This document shows positions 57,572-64,000 of a DNA stretch of 64,000 nucleotides, piece by piece. The position numbers were made by a program, and so were the translations under genes. Under the pieces are notes generated by a model. It searched no databases, was not told the origin of the DNA, and saw nothing but the letters and a program-made list of their open reading frames with translations. Source of the DNA: a virus. Its lineage: Duplodnaviria; Caudoviricetes. Location: positions 1 through 64,000 of the IMG/VR virus record IMGVR_UViG_3300034157_000065; one strand, written 5' to 3'. Numbering within the stretch: position 1 is the stretch's first letter; the number at the start of each line of letters is the position of its first letter.

Positions 57572-58360
57572 TTAAATTGCCATCATTTTAATAATGGTCA
57601 GATTTTCATCTAGTCCGCTATCAAATACGCCAGTTTTATATAATTTTTTCATTTCTGTATAAAATAGCTCTAATGTTTCATTACTATCAACATTTCTAAT
57701 ACTGAATTGTGGATACAGATCGATGAACGTCTCTAATGATTGTAAAATAACGTTTATATTTTTGTTAAAAAATTCATCAAAGTTATCTATACTTTCAACA
57801 TCAGCTTTAAAAACCATGTCTTCATTATTCGATTTGTAATCGTAGAGAACTAATAAATCTTTTGTTTTCTGTCCATCTGCAGTAAACGAATACCTTACCA
57901 TGAAATCATCATACGATGTGTCTGTCATATCAATTGAACGCTCTACATCATAATCGAGCATGTCATTATGTGCATTTATATCAGCGTCTACGGTAAAGAA
58001 TTGACTTGTCGCTGGGAACTTTACACGGTTATTATAAATACCAACCTCAGTCGAAAAGCTTATATTTTTAAAATTTCCCAATTTATCGTAATTAAAGCGA
58101 AGATTACCAGCAAGATTTTGAAAACCGTAGACGACGATGGCGGTTCCATTATCACCTACCATATAACGCTCAATTCGAACTGCATCAAAATTTGTTTCTG
58201 AGTCAAACGATTGATTAATTTGATTAAACCAATGAACAATCCTATGTTTAAAATAAAATTGATATTCTGGTTGCAGTTTAACCATGACTATTCGTCTATC
58301 TTTTAAAATAGAAAAGTCAGGATTCAAGTAGTCGAATGTTACCGTTTCATCAGTTTTCAT
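57572..58360 (-). CDS. Distant family D member (M-x-x-I tag)
   Basis: LQPEYQFYFKHRIVHWFNQIN resembles LSAEQCLYFKNVLVQKLSLIN; ends ENLTIIKMMAI. Confidence 0.75.
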   Translation of the reverse strand: MKTDETVTFDYLNPDFSILKDRRIVMVKLQPEYQFYFKHRIVHWFNQINQSFDSETNFDAVRIERYMVGDNGTAIVVYGFQNLAGNLRFNYDKLGNFKNISFSTEVGIYNNRVKFPATSQFFTVDADINAHNDMLDYDVERSIDMTDTSYDDFMVRYSFTADGQKTKDLLVLYDYKSNNEDMVFKADVESIDNFDEFFNKNINVILQSLETFIDLYPQFSIRNVDSNETLELFYTEMKKLYKTGVFDSGLDENLTIIKMMAI

Positions 58361-59074
58361 TTATTGAACCTTTACAATAAAGTCGTTTAATTTAAAATCG
58401 CTAAAAAAATCATTGAAATTATTGGCGTTCATGGAGATTTCGTATTTTTTATTGCTAATTGCTTTTGCTCTTTGTGAATTTTCAACACCTACTTTTACAA
58501 AGCTGTTTATATCCAGATCAAGCGTAGCAATATAACCATTCTTGTTACCAAATGAGGCTTGTATTTGATAACCACCACCCGCTAACACCCAAATAGGTTC
58601 ATCAGTCTTGGAGATTAAATGATTATGGATATCATTTACTCGTTCATGATAATGAGTGCTGAGTAATTTAAAATGCTTGATAGCGTGTTCAATACTGTTT
58701 TTATCCTTGTCAGTAACATATCGACCATAATCATCAAGTCCATATTGAATGCCATCATGAGTGACCGCTACCATTGATTCATTATGCCATGCACGACCTT
58801 TGACGTGTTCAGCTATAATGCCAAAATCAGAGTATGCCGCGATAATAGATTCAATAGCCGGACGAGTAGAGATCCAATAACCTAATTCAACCAACGTTTT
58901 AAAACCATTGTCGGCTTGAAACTCTGCCCATTCATAATCACCCGCCATGAAACGGGCAAATAGTCTCTTTTGCTCAGACGTTGCAACAGAAATCTTGGCT
59001 TTAAAGTTTTCAACTTCTTCTGGTGTCTCTGGATAACGGTAATCATATTCACTCATGAAAGTAACCTCATTCAA
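58361..59074 (-). CDS. Hypothetical protein
   Basis: Operonic long ORF. Confidence 0.75.
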   Translation of the reverse strand: MNEVTFMSEYDYRYPETPEEVENFKAKISVATSEQKRLFARFMAGDYEWAEFQADNGFKTLVELGYWISTRPAIESIIAAYSDFGIIAEHVKGRAWHNESMVAVTHDGIQYGLDDYGRYVTDKDKNSIEHAIKHFKLLSTHYHERVNDIHNHLISKTDEPIWVLAGGGYQIQASFGNKNGYIATLDLDINSFVKVGVENSQRAKAISNKKYEISMNANNFNDFFSDFKLNDFIVKVQ

Positions 59075-59077
59075 ATA

Positions 59078-59554
59078 TTATTCAGAATCGTCTTCGGCAT
59101 CAGCATTGTTAACCGAACTTTCTTCAAGAGCTTGACGAAATTTAGCGACCAGCACATCAATAGCATCTGGGGTGTTTCGGAAGTGCGATTCAATACGTTC
59201 TACGTTGATTTCTTCATCGCCTTTACGGTCATAGAACAAAATGTTAGAAACAGCTTGCTCAGCCAAGGCAGTCATGTCATCGTCAGTGAGTGGAAACACT
59301 TCGAGAGCGTCATGCAGTTTGTGAGAGTGTGCATATTCATTAATGGCTTTAATAACAAGCTCACTACCATTTTCAACGTAATAAGAATAAAGCATGGTGA
59401 TGTCACGTTGATCTTTTTCTTCTTTCACATGAGTCAAGACTTCTTGAATGAACGAGTCACCTTGTTTTTTCAGGCTACGTTTGATAAGTGTGGTGTCATA
59501 CAAACCATCCAGAAAATCTTTAATTTCTTCAAAGCTCTTTTCAGTAGTAGTCAT
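59078..59554 (-). CDS. Acidic hypothetical protein
   Basis: AGGAG RBS before MTTTEK. Confidence 0.75.
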   Translation of the reverse strand: MTTTEKSFEEIKDFLDGLYDTTLIKRSLKKQGDSFIQEVLTHVKEEKDQRDITMLYSYYVENGSELVIKAINEYAHSHKLHDALEVFPLTDDDMTALAEQAVSNILFYDRKGDEEINVERIESHFRNTPDAIDVLVAKFRQALEESSVNNADAEDDSE

Positions 59555-59680
59555 GGTGTATCTCCTAAATAATTTCAAGAATTATAGCACATTCCATGAG
59601 GATTGACAACGAAAATAAGACTTGTCAGGCACTCATTATTTTGATAAAATATAGGCCATTACTCATGAGGATAAACCATT

Positions 59681-60022
59681 ATGTCTCGATTGACCGATCT
59701 CGCTTTAAAAGACGCAGAAGAATGCCTATCTAAATCCAGTCTCAATCTCTACCAGATTAAGATCGCTATTGAATCCACCATGCGAAACCTTCAAGAAGAA
59801 TGCAGCCTTTTAAATAGTCTGGTTAATACTTTGCAAGGTGAGACAGATGAGGAAAAGGAAGCTAACAGTAAATTGTTAGCCAAGTTGAATAGTGCAGTTG
59901 AAATCAATCGAAAAATGTATACGGAAAATATGAAAGCACTGGATCAAGTGCAATTAGCTACTACTCTTTCTAGTCGAGCTGATCGTTGGATTGGAGCGGT
60001 TGCAGAAGATTTGAAGAAATAA
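59681..60022 (+). CDS. Coiled-coil hypothetical protein
   Basis: GAGG RBS; heptad-like pattern. Confidence 0.7.
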   Translation: MSRLTDLALKDAEECLSKSSLNLYQIKIAIESTMRNLQEECSLLNSLVNTLQGETDEEKEANSKLLAKLNSAVEINRKMYTENMKALDQVQLATTLSSRADRWIGAVAEDLKK

Positions 60023-60145
60023 TTAATTTAAGCGTAAGAAAACCATCCTAGGATGGTTTTTTATTGTCTTATTTTTATTTAACAACCATTAAAAAAGTGT
60101 ATTTTTATTTATTTAGTCGAAAAAAAAGGAACTCTTTCAAGTTCC

Positions 60146-60538
60146 TTATTGTTGTGTTACTGATACATCCACTGATTCGCCGTAATAACCATTTGAAGAC
60201 CCGAAGAATCGTAATACCACCAATCCTCGCTCAGTCGCCATTCGATAATAAGTCCAAGTAAATGATTCTCCTTGATAACATGACGATCCAACAATCAAAT
60301 CGCTGTTAGAAGTTTCCTCAGCCATAACGACAGTGTGCCCGACTAAATCATCAATGTCGCCAATGATCTCTTCTAAATACACGTCTTCACAGCAATCTTG
60401 GTGATGTAAGAACGTAAACACCAAACCACTTGTTGTACGCACTACAAACTCAGAATCGTTACGGTTACCGCTCACAGACTCGATAGTTTCACCTACCATT
60501 CTGTTCAATGTTGCATTTACTTCGTTTTGCATATTCAT
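60146..60538 (-). CDS. Conserved phage-type hypothetical protein
   Basis: HHQDCCEDV, TWTYY, GSSNGYYGE motifs. Confidence 0.8.
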   Translation of the reverse strand: MNMQNEVNATLNRMVGETIESVSGNRNDSEFVVRTTSGLVFTFLHHQDCCEDVYLEEIIGDIDDLVGHTVVMAEETSNSDLIVGSSCYQGESFTWTYYRMATERGLVVLRFFGSSNGYYGESVDVSVTQQ

Positions 60539-60704
60539 TAGTAATTCTCCTATTGGTAATCAGTACCAATCCATAAGAGTCATTCATTACTATTGAATGT
60601 CGCCATTCTAGCATGTGATCCTTATTAAATCAAGCATATATTTCAACATTTTCATTGATTTCTTCATTTAAACGCCTATAATCTTTAAACATTCTATTGG
60701 AGAA

Positions 60705-61394
60705 ATGTTAATAATGAGCACAATATCAGTTGTAGGTGGAAAGAATAAAGCTGTGGTTACTGGTCGATTACAAACCGTTGTGTTTACGTTGGTCGATAAA
60801 GATACCGAAATCATTGATGATTATCAAAACTACTATTCAGTGTATAGTTTGAAGACTGAGGATGGAGATGGCATTAATCATAAGGTGAAAAATCAAAAAC
60901 TAGACATTGAACTTAACAAAAAAACAGCTTTCACTTTCATTGATGGTGAAATTGTTGCCTATAAAGCTAACAAGAATAATAATCATTCAGCAGAAGTCTT
61001 GGATGATTTAAGTCATGTGCGGTCAAAACCTAATATCTTCATATCATTTATTGCATTGGTGGTATTAAATATTCCATTTTTTAATACTTTAATGTATTTA
61101 TTTTATGCTCTTGCACCACTATTTGAAAGCGACGACTATTCGCTAATAAATGATGAAGTTATTAATACGGCAAGAGACAAATCTATTGTCCCTCAATCTT
61201 TGATTTCCACCTTGATTAGTCTTGTTGGCAGTGGTCTTATTGTTTATGATTATCCGACCGTTGGAGTGCTTGTAAACCTTGCTATTTCACTGCCTTTCAT
61301 CTATAATTCAAACAGAATTGAGCGTGAGGTTATTGATGGAAAAAACAGGCTAATTTCTAAAATTAAAGCTGATCTTGACAACTTTAAAATATAA
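60705..61394 (+). CDS. Membrane protein with a soluble N-terminal domain
   Basis: Hydrophobic segments in the C-half. Confidence 0.75.
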   Translation: MLIMSTISVVGGKNKAVVTGRLQTVVFTLVDKDTEIIDDYQNYYSVYSLKTEDGDGINHKVKNQKLDIELNKKTAFTFIDGEIVAYKANKNNNHSAEVLDDLSHVRSKPNIFISFIALVVLNIPFFNTLMYLFYALAPLFESDDYSLINDEVINTARDKSIVPQSLISTLISLVGSGLIVYDYPTVGVLVNLAISLPFIYNSNRIEREVIDGKNRLISKIKADLDNFKI

Positions 61395-61420
61395 ACTTAA
61401 CTTATTTGGAGAAATAGACT

Positions 61421-61828
61421 ATGTATCAATCATTTCAAGACTTCATCAAGAAAACTGAAGAGTCCCATGCGGCTATGGTAGCTACGGCTAATGAGAAACC
61501 AAGTTTGGAAACTTACCGTGATACAGTGGCTAAATTGCTAGGTCATGATGACATTCATTCTCTGGAAGCATCTTTGGATAGTAATTATCAACCCAGTTAT
61601 GTCTTGGTGTATATGTGGCAAGGTGTGACAGATACTATTCGCACCTATAAAGCGACTGACTCTGGTAAAGAACAGATGTTGGAAGACTTCTCTGAGAAGG
61701 TTAAAGATCGACTTGGCATTCTTCCCGATGGTAGTTTGTCAGATGAATCACAGGCTCTGTTAGATACGGCTATTGATGACATGTTTTATGAAGATTCAAA
61801 AGTAACCGTTACTTGTTACAAAGTTTAA
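61421..61828 (+). CDS. Hypothetical protein sharing the N-terminal helical module of the ATPase at 4575
   Basis: RDTVAKLLGHDDIHSL vs LDDLAKLLGYTSYNEY. Confidence 0.65.
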   Translation: MYQSFQDFIKKTEESHAAMVATANEKPSLETYRDTVAKLLGHDDIHSLEASLDSNYQPSYVLVYMWQGVTDTIRTYKATDSGKEQMLEDFSEKVKDRLGILPDGSLSDESQALLDTAIDDMFYEDSKVTVTCYKV

Positions 61829-61883
61829 ATTGTGTTAACAAAAAAGCCATCTTCGGATGGCTTTTTTATTCTTTTAAATCTAT

Positions 61884-62942
61884 TCAATCACACGTTGTAA
61901 TCAACAAGCCATGCTCTTTATTGAATTTAACACTGTCTTTATTTTTCAATATTAATATTTGTTGTAAGTTAGTTAATCCTTCTGTCTGGTTATTAATCAG
62001 TTCAGCGACCGCATTGACGCCACCTTTCTCGAAAGCCTTGATAGTTGCTATGTCACGAGTTAGTTGACCGTCAGTTATATTCCGTCTAATTGCCAGTATA
62101 GACTTCTTATACTCTTCTGGGTATTTTGTTTGGAGGTAATCTGATTTATTGGCGGTATAATAATTTAGAAATTCTTTCCTCAATCCGATCAACTCTTCAT
62201 TGCTAAATTTTTCATAATTATTTTTAAAATAGTTAATTTCACCCAAACCATCTAGTTTTTCAATGTAATCATTGACAACAACTTCGGTCACTTCTATACC
62301 AAGAGCACCTGATATCTTATTATAACTGGGAGCACCACATAATTTTGCCGAAAGTTCATGTCTTTTGTTTACTTTATCATTTTCAAGTTGTTGTTCTGTT
62401 GCTACGATAAGAGCAGCAATAACACTAAATGTCACGGCTAGTTTCAAGAACCCTTTATTGACACTCAATTCATCATGAAAAAATTTGTTAGCACAAAACA
62501 ATGCCAAAACAATAATAAAGGCATACATTATGTAGGTTAATGTGAGTATTGCTTCTGTTTTTTCTGGATTCAAGTCGGTGGCTATTTGGCCTACTGAATA
62601 AGTAATCATACATAAGAGTATTGATTTAGACGTTAATTGTAAGTACGCAGTTTTATAGGGTTTTCCTAGAACATAATACTTGAATACAAGTAAAAATATG
62701 AAAAAAATAGCATACACCAAATTAAGTTGGCTTCTAAACAGATCAAATGCTGAACCTGTCGTTAAACTTAAATATTTAGTGTAACTCTCAGAATTATCAA
62801 ATAAGGTGACGATTTCCATGATCCCATTTGTTAATCCCATACCTAAACTCATTAAACATGTGTATAGAAATATTCCTATAAAACACCCAAATAATAGTTT
62901 TTTTTCTCTTTTGTCTTCGTTCATGAAAATTCTCCTTTGCAT
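61884..62942 (-). CDS. Multi-pass membrane protein with a C-terminal soluble domain
   Basis: About 5 TM segments. Confidence 0.75.
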   Translation of the reverse strand: MQRRIFMNEDKREKKLLFGCFIGIFLYTCLMSLGMGLTNGIMEIVTLFDNSESYTKYLSLTTGSAFDLFRSQLNLVYAIFFIFLLVFKYYVLGKPYKTAYLQLTSKSILLCMITYSVGQIATDLNPEKTEAILTLTYIMYAFIIVLALFCANKFFHDELSVNKGFLKLAVTFSVIAALIVATEQQLENDKVNKRHELSAKLCGAPSYNKISGALGIEVTEVVVNDYIEKLDGLGEINYFKNNYEKFSNEELIGLRKEFLNYYTANKSDYLQTKYPEEYKKSILAIRRNITDGQLTRDIATIKAFEKGGVNAVAELINNQTEGLTNLQQILILKNKDSVKFNKEHGLLITTCD

Positions 62943-63062
62943 AATTAGACCACTATCCTATTAAATGTCAATAATTTATGAAAACATTAAAATTTTGGTT
63001 TATTTTTTATTGTAAATGTGGTATTATCTCAAAATATTTATTCATATTAAGAGGCATTGTTA

Positions 63063-63986
63063 ATGCAAATCATTCATCATAATAAAACCACTGTCCAAAG
63101 ATCGTCTAAAAGAACATTATCTGCTAACTTGTTGTCTTTTCTTGATGAAACAAGCCAACGATTCGGTTTTGATAATGCTCAAATCTATCATTTAACACAT
63201 AGTAATGTTGGTGATTATAAAGATATTATTATGACAACCATTAAGGAGCATTTAAAGAAAATGCGAGGTCTTGGGCCAAAAGATAAAATGGAGGAAGTCA
63301 TTAAAGAAGCAGATCGCTATTATGAGGAACTTCAACCTATTTTACCAACGTCTATGATTGTTTTTGAGCATATCTATTTCTCTGTAACTGAATCATCTAT
63401 GTTGTTTTTTAAAGAACATAATGAAATGTTATTTATTGAAAATATTATGTCTACTTTGGAATTAAATCGCCCACATTTTATTATTGACAACCTTATTATG
63501 CCCAATGGTAGCTGGAAAATGCCTGTTGTACAATCCATTGCTTATGAAAGTTCGAGTGTGAAAGGAACTTTTCCGTTTCTATCATTTCTGTTTCCCTACA
63601 ATGAAAAAACGTCTAAAATTGATTTTAGTCAACGTGAAAAAGCTCACAATAAAAAACTCGAATTACAAGTCAGAACACTTCGTATGGGCCAAGATGAAGC
63701 TATAAAACTTAAGATTCCACATAACATAGACAGTTTTAATATTAATCTTGATAATGCCTATGTTTTCAATACTCGGTTAATACATAATGACATTATTATT
63801 TTTAACGAATATGATATTTCAATCAATGATGATCGTAAAACAGTTGTCGCATATTTAATGCCGTTTCTTGAAGATTTACAAGAAAAGTATGAAATCAATG
63901 ATGATGTTCCAGTGACTTTAACAAAAGAATATTATGACTATTTTAAGGCTAATATTAGGCCCGTTATTGACATGGTAATGTGCTAA
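63063..63986 (+). CDS. Hypothetical protein (M-x-x-C tag variant)
   Basis: Ends PVTLTKEYYDYFKANIRPVIDMVMC. Confidence 0.75.
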   Translation: MQIIHHNKTTVQRSSKRTLSANLLSFLDETSQRFGFDNAQIYHLTHSNVGDYKDIIMTTIKEHLKKMRGLGPKDKMEEVIKEADRYYEELQPILPTSMIVFEHIYFSVTESSMLFFKEHNEMLFIENIMSTLELNRPHFIIDNLIMPNGSWKMPVVQSIAYESSSVKGTFPFLSFLFPYNEKTSKIDFSQREKAHNKKLELQVRTLRMGQDEAIKLKIPHNIDSFNINLDNAYVFNTRLIHNDIIIFNEYDISINDDRKTVVAYLMPFLEDLQEKYEINDDVPVTLTKEYYDYFKANIRPVIDMVMC

Positions 63987-64000
63987 CAAGTTACTGACAA

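Noticed and set aside
63951-63986. C-terminal tag read as a eukaryotic CaaX or peroxisomal signal
   Set aside because: The -4 residue is Met rather than Cys, and the expression signals (SD, sigma70 promoters, intrinsic terminators) are bacterial.
1-64000. CRISPR array, IS element, integrase, or phage structural/replication genes
   Set aside because: No regularly spaced repeat-spacer array and no transposase, recombinase, capsid, terminase or polymerase motifs seen. Phage versus megaplasmid therefore stays undecided.
1-64000. Alternative genetic code (stop-codon recoding)
   Set aside because: Genes are long and tightly packed under the standard bacterial code, and TAA, TGA and TAG all end genes next to terminators or the next RBS.

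Overview
AT-rich (roughly 30% GC by eye), gene-dense accessory region of a large bacterial mobile element, either a conjugative megaplasmid or a jumbo phage. No capsid, terminase, replicase, integrase or core chromosomal genes are visible, so I cannot decide between the two. It holds about 95 mostly short hypothetical genes, many with their own sigma70-type promoter and an intrinsic terminator. Recognisable genes: NAD kinase, an RNA-ligase-family nucleotidyltransferase, cytidine deaminase, a Mesh1/SpoT-like HD hydrolase, tRNA-Arg(CCG), a TraD/VirB4/HerA-like P-loop ATPase, a LemA-like gene pair, an HExxH metalloprotease, a signal-peptide-bearing nuclease toxin with a probable immunity gene, and two ~790-aa secreted Ig-like repeat proteins. 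The most striking signal is that about 20 proteins, from about 10 otherwise unrelated families (soluble and membrane), end in the same C-terminal motif, [D/E]-x6-M-x-x-[I/Y]-COOH. This looks like an element-wide sorting, translocation or docking tag. Other observations: a second class of proteins with basic C-terminal tails, a secreted family with a shared N-terminal motif and variable disulfide-closed tip domains, a promoter-driven structured RNA candidate at ~43.05-43.16 kb, a structured leader upstream of the ATPase, and an array of GTTAC sites at ~50.9-51.05 kb. All family assignments come from motif recognition by eye, with no database searches.
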